Assembly (NCBI GenBank): GCA_048882325.1
Contig: JBHLRS010000013.1
Coordinates: 25,375-89,374 of the forward strand
Source: Candidatus Thorarchaeota archaeon
GTDB lineage: Archaea > Asgardarchaeota > Thorarchaeia > Thorarchaeales > Thorarchaeaceae
Direction of reading: 5' to 3'
Length of the DNA: 64,000 bases
In this document: one piece after another, positions 40,232-49,890 of the stretch
Layout: each line of letters opens with the position of its first letter
Position numbering within the stretch: position 1 is the stretch's first letter
Position numbers and translations under genes: made by a program
Notes under the pieces: generated by a model
The model's input: only the letters and a program-made list of their open reading frames with translations
Database searches by the model: none
Told to the model about the DNA's origin: nothing

Positions 40232-41209
40232 TCAAAATCTTGATGTCTTGTCTGTACGAATGAATTTGACTTCCTTCCCACGATATGGGACAACACATTG
40301 CAACGCTTCGAAATAGGGTATTCCAAGTTCAGTAGCAATTTCTTGCAATGTCCTCTTTCCATCACATAGCTCAAGCACGGGACGATGTTTCTTCTTCATT
40401 TTGTCAATCTTTCCTTCGAATAATGGTAACTCGATAATTTCCTTCTGGCTTAGCTCTTGTTCCTCTGGACACTCGATTCGAAGAACTGAATTAGATACAC
40501 ACCATTTCACGATTTCGATGATCTTTTCAACAGGTCTAGCTAATTGCTCCGCAATCTTATAGACTGTCATTTTTTCATCGACTATCAGAAGTACATCAAT
40601 GCCAACATTGGCAAATACCCTCTTTATAGCAGTGTTAAGCTGCGTTTCCAAGGTCACAGTAGGTTTGTAGTTCTCACTTCTGTGTACTACACATCCATGT
40701 CGAACTTCAATTTCCTCAGGTGGCACCACTGGAACATCAGAAGGTTTTATTTCAGATGGTTCAGATTCAAGAGCGACTTCTGGAGCTAAACCTTGAGGTG
40801 TATTTTGAGTTGCTGATGCGACCTCAGTGACTTCTTCTTCAAGTGAAATCAGTTGTTCTTCCTCCTCAACACCTAGACCGGCAGGGGGTGGAGGAAGGTC
40901 AACTTGCACAAGAAGATCAACAACAGCTTTGGTTCGTGATAGAGCCCCACCAAGTTGGAAGTCCGGTTCGAATAGTACAGCAAGAACCCATTTAGGATTG
41001 ACTCTTGCCAGAATAACTATTCCTTCACTTGTCATTGTGTTAACGAGTTTTAGATCACTCCCGTGTATTCGGAGAGTTCCTTTGATTTGTGGAAGAACCT
41101 CATCTGGTAAAGAGAACGAGAGGAAAGGATGTCCATCACTGGTGATTAGTGCATACCCACTAACTGCTTCATCAAACTTCAGTTTAGTAAGTACACGCTC
41201 CAGTTGCAA
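40232..41209 (-). CDS. Roadblock-like + two wHTH protein, paralog of 37364-38368
   Basis: LERVLTKLKFDEAVSGYALITSDGHPF aligns with LERALSKLRFDDQVLGYSLMTKVGRPF; LCDGKRTLQEIA. Confidence 0.72.
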   Translation of the reverse strand: MQLERVLTKLKFDEAVSGYALITSDGHPFLSFSLPDEVLPQIKGTLRIHGSDLKLVNTMTSEGIVILARVNPKWVLAVLFEPDFQLGGALSRTKAVVDLLVQVDLPPPPAGLGVEEEEQLISLEEEVTEVASATQNTPQGLAPEVALESEPSEIKPSDVPVVPPEEIEVRHGCVVHRSENYKPTVTLETQLNTAIKRVFANVGIDVLLIVDEKMTVYKIAEQLARPVEKIIEIVKWCVSNSVLRIECPEEQELSQKEIIELPLFEGKIDKMKKKHRPVLELCDGKRTLQEIATELGIPYFEALQCVVPYRGKEVKFIRTDKTSRF

Positions 41210-41256
41210 AGACTACACCTAACCTAGCGTCGCAAATTCAGTTGGTGGTACGAAAG

Positions 41257-42357
41257 TCACTGAACTTTAAGTAACTTTGTACCATCTCCCGACAAAGGAG
41301 GATTGGACTCTAAATATTTCACTATTTCAGGTATTTGTGGATGAGTTGCTGAAGAAGAAGACACATAGAGCGATGCTATCGCATTAGCAAGAATTAGTCT
41401 ATCTCTCGGAGTTAAGCTAAGGAGAGTCCCATAGACATCTCCTGCATTCCAAGCATCTCCAGCACCACAAACAACTTTGCTTTCAACGGCAAACGCTGGA
41501 ACTGCAGTAACATCATTCTCGTCTATTGTTGCAGCGTAATGCGGTGTGTGTAAATCAACCCGGACACCCGACATACTGAAGATTAATTGGGCTCCTTCGA
41601 TCCAGAGATCAGGCTTTGTAGGTAAGTCCTTCCAACGGTTTTTGTCCTCTGTTAAAGATTGGACTATCCATCCAACTTCGTTCTCATTTAAGCCTATCAC
41701 ATCTAGGAGGCCAGTTTTGATAACATGCTCTACAAGCTTAGGAACGATCCCTGGGTTTCCCGATGGATCGCCCATATCTAGGAAAGTCACAGAATCAGAG
41801 GAATCCTTTATTCTCTGAAACAATTCCTGAGCTAGGTCAGCACCCAGTTTGTTGTGATTGAGATTTACCAAAGCAACGATACCACTATCCATTATGACAT
41901 CGAGATCGTTCTCAGTCAAATCAGAGAATGCAAACTCGGAGGCAGAACCGCTATCACTGATCATTAGATTAACACTTCTCCCCTGATATTTTGTTTCAAT
42001 GGAAACTGTAGAGGAGAGCCTTCCATTAGTATGAACATGACTCAGATCGAGATTTGAATCAACAAGCGTCCTGAGAAGGGATGCGCCATTTCCATCTGTC
42101 GTGACAATTAGTTTTGGACTAAGGCCTAATGTGTGGAGAGCAGCGGCAGTATTGACTGCATTTCCTCCTCTGCGAATAAACTGCTGATTATCAAGAAGAT
42201 TGCCACCTCCTTGATCGGCAAGTCGTTTCAAGCCATCTATTAGAGTGTCTAGTGATTCGTACATCACAAAATGATCTACAAAAAAGTCTGGAAGTACAAC
42301 AGGGTACTTCACCTTAGGGGGGTTTTGCAGGACGGAAATGAGTTGAGTGTAGTCCAA
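41257..42357 (-). CDS. PfkB family carbohydrate kinase
   Basis: GGNAVNTA, NENE, GAGDAWNAG. Confidence 0.88.
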   Translation of the reverse strand: MDYTQLISVLQNPPKVKYPVVLPDFFVDHFVMYESLDTLIDGLKRLADQGGGNLLDNQQFIRRGGNAVNTAAALHTLGLSPKLIVTTDGNGASLLRTLVDSNLDLSHVHTNGRLSSTVSIETKYQGRSVNLMISDSGSASEFAFSDLTENDLDVIMDSGIVALVNLNHNKLGADLAQELFQRIKDSSDSVTFLDMGDPSGNPGIVPKLVEHVIKTGLLDVIGLNENEVGWIVQSLTEDKNRWKDLPTKPDLWIEGAQLIFSMSGVRVDLHTPHYAATIDENDVTAVPAFAVESKVVCGAGDAWNAGDVYGTLLSLTPRDRLILANAIASLYVSSSSATHPQIPEIVKYLESNPPLSGDGTKLLKVQ

Positions 42358-42391
42358 CTCTCATCTCCCCATAGGCAAGATGTTGCTTCTT

Positions 42392-42841
42392 CTACACCTT
42401 TCGAAGAGCTGCTTTGACCATAGCAGTGATACGATCTTCTTCAATACCGGTCTTTTTAGCGACTTTTGTAATATCGCAATATGCTAGGTCTTCAAATGTC
42501 TGAATGCCAGCTTTCACTAACAATGGAACATCGGTCTTTTTGACAGCGCGAAGTGAACCCAAGTCATCTTTGGGAGCGGCCCCTTTCACTTGAGCTGGTG
42601 CAGCTTCTTCAGCCAAAGAAGCGACAATTTCCTCAAGGTCCTTGATGTATTGCTTGAGGGCATCTACATTCTCAGGATGGACTGTCTTTCGTCGAAGGTC
42701 AACAATCAGTCCCATCTGCCGAGCTTCATTTATGGTGAGACCAGCTTGAGCAGTTTCTTCACTACTAAAACCACGTCCTCTCTTAGGGCGACCATCTCTT
42801 GGAGATCTAACTGTTGGCTCAGCGATAATATCAAAGCTCAT
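42392..42841 (-). CDS. rpl13e: 50S ribosomal protein L13e with C-terminal HhH-like extension
   Basis: RGRGFS.EE...AGL...GL.VD.RRKT.H.ENV; extra C-terminal LVKAGIQTFEDLA. Confidence 0.9.
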   Translation of the reverse strand: MSFDIIAEPTVRSPRDGRPKRGRGFSSEETAQAGLTINEARQMGLIVDLRRKTVHPENVDALKQYIKDLEEIVASLAEEAAPAQVKGAAPKDDLGSLRAVKKTDVPLLVKAGIQTFEDLAYCDITKVAKKTGIEEDRITAMVKAALRKV

Positions 42842-43123
42842 CTGTCAATCACCTGACTCGGCATCGAGCCGTTGGTCCGCTTATTAGGCTTTCGAGATGG
42901 CAAAGTAATGCGTCTTACTTTACACTAACAGGCAAAGTAGTTTTTGATGTGTACCCCTATGACTCATGGGCTATACGATGTGATATCAATCGTAGGCAAA
43001 TGAACTACTCATTACACTCTCTATGCCAATCACCATCTATTGCCAAGAGATTACCTCCTCCTCCTAAGAAACTCACCCTAGTTGCCACGTAAGATCGAAT
43101 TGCATCTTACATTATTTCAAACT

Positions 43124-43414
43124 TCATTCTATCTCTAAGGCTTTCAGTGCATCTTGAACTCCCATACAAGGTTCTATTTTCCAGACGTATCCGTCAATGT
43201 CTGTAAACTCATTCAGTAGTTTTGTAATATAGATTAATGCCTCATCTGACTTATTTTTTTCAACCATGATAAGATTATAGACTTTCGTCCCGTTTTTCCC
43301 GTCTGGAGTGCCAAATACCTGCCACTTCTTAATATAATCTGGTAACTGAGGTGCGCCAATGGTCCTCTTTGTAACCTCTTTTGTTTTAGGATTTGGATAC
43401 CATACTGTTAACAT
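43124..43414 (-). CDS. Hypothetical protein
   Basis: 96-aa ORF in AT-rich region; true start may lie slightly upstream. Confidence 0.6.
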   Translation of the reverse strand: MLTVWYPNPKTKEVTKRTIGAPQLPDYIKKWQVFGTPDGKNGTKVYNLIMVEKNKSDEALIYITKLLNEFTDIDGYVWKIEPCMGVQDALKALEIE

Positions 43415-43745
43415 GAAAATTATACTTTTTCCCCTTATTGATTAATTGAATTATTGTATTTTACTGCAAAAATGATTACTCGTCTACGATATAAATTCTC
43501 GCCCCTAGAGGAAGAGCGAAGCGACATACATCAGTTCCATAGAGTTTGTGCATGTTTTAGTAGCACAACTTGAGCTTCCAGAGGAAGATGATGAAAGAAT
43601 AGCTTATGTGATTCCAGCAGGTGTCTACTACTTCTACAAATACAATGGAGATAGGAATGATGATTTTGTTCAAATTCGTCTTTAAGCAAAGACTGGATCG
43701 CAGGTTCCTGCTTGATAAGTTTTCGAGATGACACTGAAACATTCT

Positions 43746-44561
43746 TCACTTGATGTCAAATCCGAATCCAGACTCGACTAATTCAGCAAACCGGGCCACA
43801 AAGCGAGCGGCTGGACCGCCATCAACTACATCATGGTTCAAAAAGATAGTGACACAAAGAAATTCTCTTATCACTATGCTTTCATCAACCACTGCCGCCT
43901 TTTTTGCAATGCCTCCAAGAGCAAAAAGCACAGGAGAGATACTAATAGGTACAGCCCATCCACTTTTTCCTTTTCCAAACATTCCCACTGCGGTCACTGT
44001 CACAGTACCAAGGTGTTTCTTAACAAAAAAGGGATCAGTTCTAAACTTTCGCCAGAATAGGAAGTCACGCAGAAACTTTGGGAGCGCAAAGAGTCTTCGC
44101 ATCATTTGTTGATTGACAGTATCAGAGATATCGCCATCAGTACGAGATTGAACAGCCCATATCTCATCCTGAATATCATGGACTGTTTTTTCATTGGCTT
44201 TTCTAACAATATATGTCTGAGCTCCTGCCTCTCCGTCAATCTGCCTTTCAATCATGACAGAAACATCCACATCTTTGAAGATTATCAATCGCTTTCCCTT
44301 TCTAATTGCATGAACATTCCTATGTTCACAGACTGCTTGTGCAATACATTTCGTTATCCAAGCTGTGAACGAGAGCTCTTTCCCTGAACTTTCCTCATAC
44401 TCTCTAATAAATTGACGACCTTCTGTAACATCCACCTCAACCAGACCTGAAATGTAATGAGTACGAAGTCCTTGTTCCATCAACTCCACAACTATTTCTC
44501 GTTCAAAGGGCTTCTCCTCATATTGATCTATCAGACTCATCACAATCCTATCAATTGGCAT
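43746..44561 (-). CDS. 2-oxoacid dehydrogenase E2-like acyltransferase (catalytic domain only)
   Basis: EVDVT, SFTAWITK, GTVTVT, NHDVVDGGPAARF (HxxxDG). Confidence 0.88.
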   Translation of the reverse strand: MPIDRIVMSLIDQYEEKPFEREIVVELMEQGLRTHYISGLVEVDVTEGRQFIREYEESSGKELSFTAWITKCIAQAVCEHRNVHAIRKGKRLIIFKDVDVSVMIERQIDGEAGAQTYIVRKANEKTVHDIQDEIWAVQSRTDGDISDTVNQQMMRRLFALPKFLRDFLFWRKFRTDPFFVKKHLGTVTVTAVGMFGKGKSGWAVPISISPVLFALGGIAKKAAVVDESIVIREFLCVTIFLNHDVVDGGPAARFVARFAELVESGFGFDIK

Positions 44562-45334
44562 TGTAGGTCCAATGTATTATTGTTTTGGTTTACAAAGAAA
44601 CTCGAGAGTCTAGGATACGAAAATGATGCTTGGAATAATCTATGGTAGACATCATTTCCAAACTCATTTTCTGTGTTAGAGGATTATGAAAGCATGAGAA
44701 GTTTATTTAGATGTGTTTCTAAATTAATGTTAAGTGTCTAAGTCCTCATACCTCGATGAAACACTTCACAGGCACACTTAGAACACTTGTCTTTGAAATC
44801 CTCATGTGTTTCACGGCTATGGCCGCAAGTACAGTGGTCAAAATTTCGTGTACTCATTTTTTTTCACCTTTCCTCCAGGGGCTCATTCTCAGCTAACCGG
44901 TCCAACAGTTTTTGTTGCTTCATTTCCAATATTCGATGAGGTCCATACCCACTAATCACTCGGTTTCGAGTATAGCTTGTCTTTGAATTGATCTTCAGTT
45001 TTTCCATTGTATTTATCCTGCTCTTGTGAGTGTAGTATATCATACAGACTATGTCTGTGATTGCTGAAAAAGCAGATACATCAAATACCAGAGAAAACAT
45101 TCTGGTTTTAGTATGGTTATTTGTTAACCTGACTCTTCCTTTCTCACTTTACGCAATGAAACGTCACAGAGTGTCCTTATAACCTTGGGCATTTCGGTCA
45201 GAGTAGCTTTCGAGAGGGGTTTAGATTACATTCTAAACTGGATTTATGGAAGCTTACTCACTTTACAAGGGACACTTAACGCAAGAGAGCTGAATTGGGC
45301 TGGTTCTTATCTTGTGAGTGCAATATCCAGCAAC

Positions 45335-46189
45335 TCATAGAGCACTAGCTGTGCCATTCAGAACAATTTGGAATCCAACAGCTGCTTCTCCATAATTAGA
45401 TGGATATGTTGATTCAAGATAGTTGATGGTTCCTTCGCCACTGCAGTGTATAGGAAAGATGTTTTGTACACCCATATCAATAAGTGTGTCAATTGTTTCC
45501 TCGATTGTGTCCTGGTTTTCATTTAGCAAGTGGAACCCTCCCAACACCATGTAGATGTCATTCACATTCAAGTCATCAACTGTTTTGGAAACAATGTTTT
45601 CAACTCCAGGATGACTGCATCCGACCAAGACCACCAATCCAAGATTTTCTATATTAACAACTAATGCCTGTTCGTTATAATTTAGTACGCCTTCGAAACC
45701 TCGACCAACTATGAATATTCCAGGTGAAATCTCAACCGTATCTTCGACCTCAATTTGAAAGAAATCACTCGTCCACGACTTCGAGTGACCATAATAAGGC
45801 GTGTAAAGAGTGAGATTATCTCGAGTGTCTGAAACATAAGTGAGTCCGTTGACATGATCTGGATGATCATGAGAAATTACAATGAAGTCACAATCTGATA
45901 CAAAGTCTGCACCTAATTGCTTAGAATTATTTTCCAGTGCAACTGGTTCAAGTCCGGAATCGAATAATATGGTCAAATCACTGGTTTCAACAAGTATACT
46001 TAGACCCCAAGGAGTAAGAAGTGTTCCATTAGGATTGTTATCTATCAAGACTGTTATTTTAACATAACTAACACTCTCAGTTTGAGTTTGCACAGGAAAG
46101 AAACTTGGGATTAGAATAACTGATACCGCCAGAACAGCAGAAATGCCAATAACTAATGCGAGTTTTAGATTCTTGTTCAATGCAATCAT
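45335..46189 (-). CDS. Membrane-anchored MBL-fold metallo-hydrolase (COG1237-like)
   Basis: GLSILVE, ILFDSG, SHDHPDH, GCSHPG, GGFH, HCSG. Confidence 0.85.
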   Translation of the reverse strand: MIALNKNLKLALVIGISAVLAVSVILIPSFFPVQTQTESVSYVKITVLIDNNPNGTLLTPWGLSILVETSDLTILFDSGLEPVALENNSKQLGADFVSDCDFIVISHDHPDHVNGLTYVSDTRDNLTLYTPYYGHSKSWTSDFFQIEVEDTVEISPGIFIVGRGFEGVLNYNEQALVVNIENLGLVVLVGCSHPGVENIVSKTVDDLNVNDIYMVLGGFHLLNENQDTIEETIDTLIDMGVQNIFPIHCSGEGTINYLESTYPSNYGEAAVGFQIVLNGTASAL

Positions 46190-46303
46190 CTCCTGCTTTG
46201 CTGGCACAGTTTGATAATACACTACGAAGATGAAGTTTTATGACATTGGTGTAACCCTTTAAGAATCACTATGTAAAGAACTAGAACACATCCAGAGTAT
46301 TGA

Positions 46304-46450
46304 GAACGAAGTCTTGGTTCCATCAACTCCACAACTATCTCTCGCGTAAGAGTTTCTCTTCATTTTCTTCTTTCAGGTCTGTCACCAGTCTAACAATCAG
46401 AATTACCAATCCAACGGATTACAGTTTTTTGAAGTCAGGTAACACTCGAA
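46304..46450 (-). pseudogene. Decayed copy of the 5' end and upstream region of the E2-like gene
   Basis: gaacgaagtcttggttccatcaactccacaactatctctcg matches 44461-44501 gtacgaagtccttgttccatcaactccacaactatttctcg; weaker similarity continues. Confidence 0.65.
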
Positions 46451-46518
46451 TCGAATGAAGGAACGTGTGTATGACTTATTACTGTCATTTGATAGAGAAC
46501 TGTCTGAAGTGAATCGAT

Positions 46519-47286
46519 TTGAAACAAAGAAGGATTAGGCTTGTAATATTTGCCAGTCTAATATCACTCCTGGTTGTCGGAACTCCTTTTGTTTCAGGTC
46601 AGACACTCGAACTAATAGAATGGCATGACTGTATGAAGACGAATGCCATCTTTGCATGGAAAGCCACAGAAGTGGATATTCCAGATGAAGAGATGGCAGA
46701 TTATCTTCAAGATCTTCTGATTCAAATTAAGTTCATCAGAAATCCCCCAAGTGACGCATCACGAATCTTCAATGCAACAGAACCACCGAACTGGTTTAAG
46801 GTATATATCAATGGGTTCTACATTGAGCTTGATCAAATGGGAGAGTTGGGTACAGCATTCATTCAACTACTTTCACCAATATCATTTCAGTTTGATAATG
46901 GAACTAGTTTTACTCTAGAAGAAATTCATCGATTGTTGGCACCGACTGGAGAGTTCGGTCCTTATGTTGATGTAGCTGGGGGTTATGTAAATACTACAAT
47001 TGGTAATGCTTCGATGCGTTTCACAACATTCACAAGTATAGCAACTGGAATTGCGAGGAATATATCAATAGTAATGGGGGAGAATGGTTCATTCCTAATG
47101 GAATATTATGCTGCGGCAGCAAATGTCAATGAGGATGGCACCTCTACAGAGGTGGAAGGGGAATATACTAACTTTCATGGCAATCTTCTAACAACATACA
47201 TCAGGCTCATCATTGCTACAGGAATTGGTATGATGGGCTTGATATTGGTAGGTGTTGTAGGCATAAGGTATCGAAAACGAGTGTAG
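46519..47286 (+). CDS. Secreted, C-terminally anchored hypothetical protein
   Basis: Signal peptide; TSIATGIA; C-terminal TM plus RYRKRV. Confidence 0.75.
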   Translation: MKQRRIRLVIFASLISLLVVGTPFVSGQTLELIEWHDCMKTNAIFAWKATEVDIPDEEMADYLQDLLIQIKFIRNPPSDASRIFNATEPPNWFKVYINGFYIELDQMGELGTAFIQLLSPISFQFDNGTSFTLEEIHRLLAPTGEFGPYVDVAGGYVNTTIGNASMRFTTFTSIATGIARNISIVMGENGSFLMEYYAAAANVNEDGTSTEVEGEYTNFHGNLLTTYIRLIIATGIGMMGLILVGVVGIRYRKRV

Positions 47287-47295
47287 AACAAACAA

Positions 47296-48123
47296 TCAGA
47301 AGAACGAGTCCAGAGTTGATTGTGTAGTATCTGCCGCTTTTAGCATTCGATCGAGTTTCACTTGTTGTTTAGGACTTATCTTCTTCAGTAATGATAACAT
47401 CTGCAAAGCATTCAGAGGTGCATTTCCTGCAAAGTGGTTGTTGAAGTAGCCGAATGTAGTTTCAACACTATCAGTGACCTCTTCAATACGAGGAACCCAA
47501 TCAGTCAGTTCTTCAATAGAGAATCGATAATTGAACCAAGGATTTTCTCCATGCCCGTGCCATCGAATATATGAGAAGTCAGCTGTGATTCGAAGATCTA
47601 TTGGAAGTTTAGGTTCATCCACAATCACGTTTGCGACACCGTAGTCCTCCAATTTATTCCAGACGTCATTTACCAACCAAGATTGGTCTCTGAATTCGAT
47701 AGCATATCTATATGACGTATCTAAGAACGAAAGAAAAGTTTCAAGATCGCCCATTGTGGAGATTTCCCATGGTGGTAGTTGAATAAGAAGCACTGGAATC
47801 CTTTCATGTATTGGTTCCAAGATTCTGAAAAACTCTGTGAGAGTTTCTCCTCCTTCTCCTTGTATATTTAGACGATTATCGTGAGTGACCTTCTTTGGTA
47901 GTTTTGTTGTGAAGAAGACATTTTCATCTAGGGATGAAAGATGACGAACAAAGTTGGGTTTTGGAAGAGCATAGAAGGTTGAATTGATTTCTGCTGTGTA
48001 GAACACAGAAAGGTAGTGTTTGAGCATAGATCCTCCAGAGGTATAGAAAGTGCCTTTCCAGTCCTTTTCGTATGACCAACCACTTGTACCTATGTGTAGT
48101 CCTTTTCGCATCTCACTCAACAC
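47296..48123 (-). CDS. DUF72 family protein
   Basis: IGTSGWSY, EINSTFY, QLPP, AIEFR, YIRWHG, YFNN. Confidence 0.93.
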   Translation of the reverse strand: MLSEMRKGLHIGTSGWSYEKDWKGTFYTSGGSMLKHYLSVFYTAEINSTFYALPKPNFVRHLSSLDENVFFTTKLPKKVTHDNRLNIQGEGGETLTEFFRILEPIHERIPVLLIQLPPWEISTMGDLETFLSFLDTSYRYAIEFRDQSWLVNDVWNKLEDYGVANVIVDEPKLPIDLRITADFSYIRWHGHGENPWFNYRFSIEELTDWVPRIEEVTDSVETTFGYFNNHFAGNAPLNALQMLSLLKKISPKQQVKLDRMLKAADTTQSTLDSFF

Positions 48124-48204
48124 TCATTTATCCATGAGTGACTATCTGTCTTCCGGATTCAATTATCCTGATAATGAAATTCATAAGATAGCACGTATCA
48201 TCAG

Positions 48205-48531
48205 TTGGTTGTGAGGCCGATGAATGCGGAGAATATTAAAGCAGAGTTTAGCAATCTTGAGATTCACATGGGATCATTCGGAGATAACAAGTTCAAGTTC
48301 AAATGCGATATGACATACCACGACCAGTTACTTGTCATGGATGGAGGGAAGAGGGTGGCTACAATGCATGCGCGCAACATCGGAAATGTCCACCTTGAAA
48401 AGAAGGCAATCAGGATTGCTGGGTTGAACTTTGAGATTAAAGAGGGCGATGAGATCAGTGTTGTGAGTGGGTCCATTCGACTAGAACTCGGTGATGATGC
48501 CGAAACATGGTACAAAGAACTTTGGGAATAA
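48205..48531 (+). CDS. Hypothetical beta-rich protein
   Basis: 108-aa ORF, codirectional with glnA. Confidence 0.65.
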   Translation: MVVRPMNAENIKAEFSNLEIHMGSFGDNKFKFKCDMTYHDQLLVMDGGKRVATMHARNIGNVHLEKKAIRIAGLNFEIKEGDEISVVSGSIRLELGDDAETWYKELWE

Positions 48532-48588
48532 ACCAAGCTTTTAAACGGAAGTAAAACCGAACGGAACGAACAATCCTGGGGTTTTACG

Positions 48589-49890
48589 ATGTCTGAGAAG
48601 ATAGAGTTCATTGAGCTGAGATTCCCTGACCTTTTGGGTAGAATGAAAGCCATGGTTGTACCTTGTAAGCCAGTAGATAGTATTGATGAGGTGGCGAAGG
48701 ATCCCGCTTTAAAGAATGGAACGAGTTGTGACGGAAGTTCGGTCACTGGCCTGGCTAAGGTTGAATCATCAGATCTCCGCTTGGTACCAGACCCGTCGTC
48801 ACTAATCGAACTCCCCTTCGTTGCACATCGTATGGCGGCAGCCATGTGTTTTGTCAGAGAGAAGGCTGCCACGGGAACTGAGTTTTATTCTCTTGACTCT
48901 AGAGGTCTCTTACACACAACTTGTGAAACACTGTTGTCGGGAAAAATGCAATTGAAGGTCAAGGTTGAGCCAGAGTTTCATCTAATCACTCCAGACGGGG
49001 AACCACTTGACGAGGCTGAATATGCTGATACCTATCCGAAAAGTCCTGGGATGGATATACTTCTTGATATTTCATCTGCACTAAGGACTCTTGGTATTCA
49101 ACCACGAGTGATACATCATGAGGTGGGAAAGGCGCAACAAGAGATTGAACTGGCTTTTGAGGAGGCGTTGAGGATGGCTGATAATATCATGATTTTCAAG
49201 AATCTTGCTAGGGCCATTGCACAAAATCAGGGAGTGGATGTTACCTTCATGCCAAAGCCATTCGAGGGTCAAGCGGGAAATGGACTCCACTGTCACTTAC
49301 AACTCTGGGATGGAGAGAAAAACCTATTCGGAGTGGATGGTTCCTCAGAGCTCTCTGAAACTGCGAAGATGTTTCTCGCGGGACTAATTGAGCATGCTGG
49401 TGCTATCACCGCTTTTGCGAATCCTACAATAAACTCGTACAAACGTCTCGTTCCGCATCATGAAGCACCAGTATATATCACCTGGGGCTTGATGAATAGA
49501 ACTGCTTTGATCAGAGTTCCAATGTTTAGCACAGGAGATAACGCAGCAATAGAGTTTCGTTCCCCAGACCCCATGGCTAACCCATACCTACTATTTACAG
49601 CAATTATCGCTGCAGGAATGGATGGAATCAAGAGAGAACTGATTCCTCCAGAACCGAGAAGTGAAGACATCTTTCACATGACCGATAAGGAGAGAGATGA
49701 ATTGGGTATTCAGATTCTCCCCACTGCTTTGGATGAAGCCCTTGATGCCTTGGAAAAGGACGAAATGATCAGTCGTGCAGTAGGTGCTGACATTCTAAGA
49801 TCCTATATCAATCTGAAAAAAGAAGAGTGGCGTATTTACACAAGTGAGATTGTGACAGATTGGGAATGGGATATGTATGAATACCATTAA
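48589..49890 (+). CDS. glnA: Glutamine synthetase family protein
   Basis: DGSS, EPEF, HHEV, MPKPF..GNGLHCH, NSYKRL, NRTALIRVP, IEFRSPD. Confidence 0.9.
   Translation: MSEKIEFIELRFPDLLGRMKAMVVPCKPVDSIDEVAKDPALKNGTSCDGSSVTGLAKVESSDLRLVPDPSSLIELPFVAHRMAAAMCFVREKAATGTEFYSLDSRGLLHTTCETLLSGKMQLKVKVEPEFHLITPDGEPLDEAEYADTYPKSPGMDILLDISSALRTLGIQPRVIHHEVGKAQQEIELAFEEALRMADNIMIFKNLARAIAQNQGVDVTFMPKPFEGQAGNGLHCHLQLWDGEKNLFGVDGSSELSETAKMFLAGLIEHAGAITAFANPTINSYKRLVPHHEAPVYITWGLMNRTALIRVPMFSTGDNAAIEFRSPDPMANPYLLFTAIIAAGMDGIKRELIPPEPRSEDIFHMTDKERDELGIQILPTALDEALDALEKDEMISRAVGADILRSYINLKKEEWRIYTSEIVTDWEWDMYEYH

Noticed and set aside
45169-45278. Short inverted repeat AGTGTCCTT / AAGGGACACT as MITE ends
   Set aside because: Only about 8-9 bp, with no target duplication or second copy seen.
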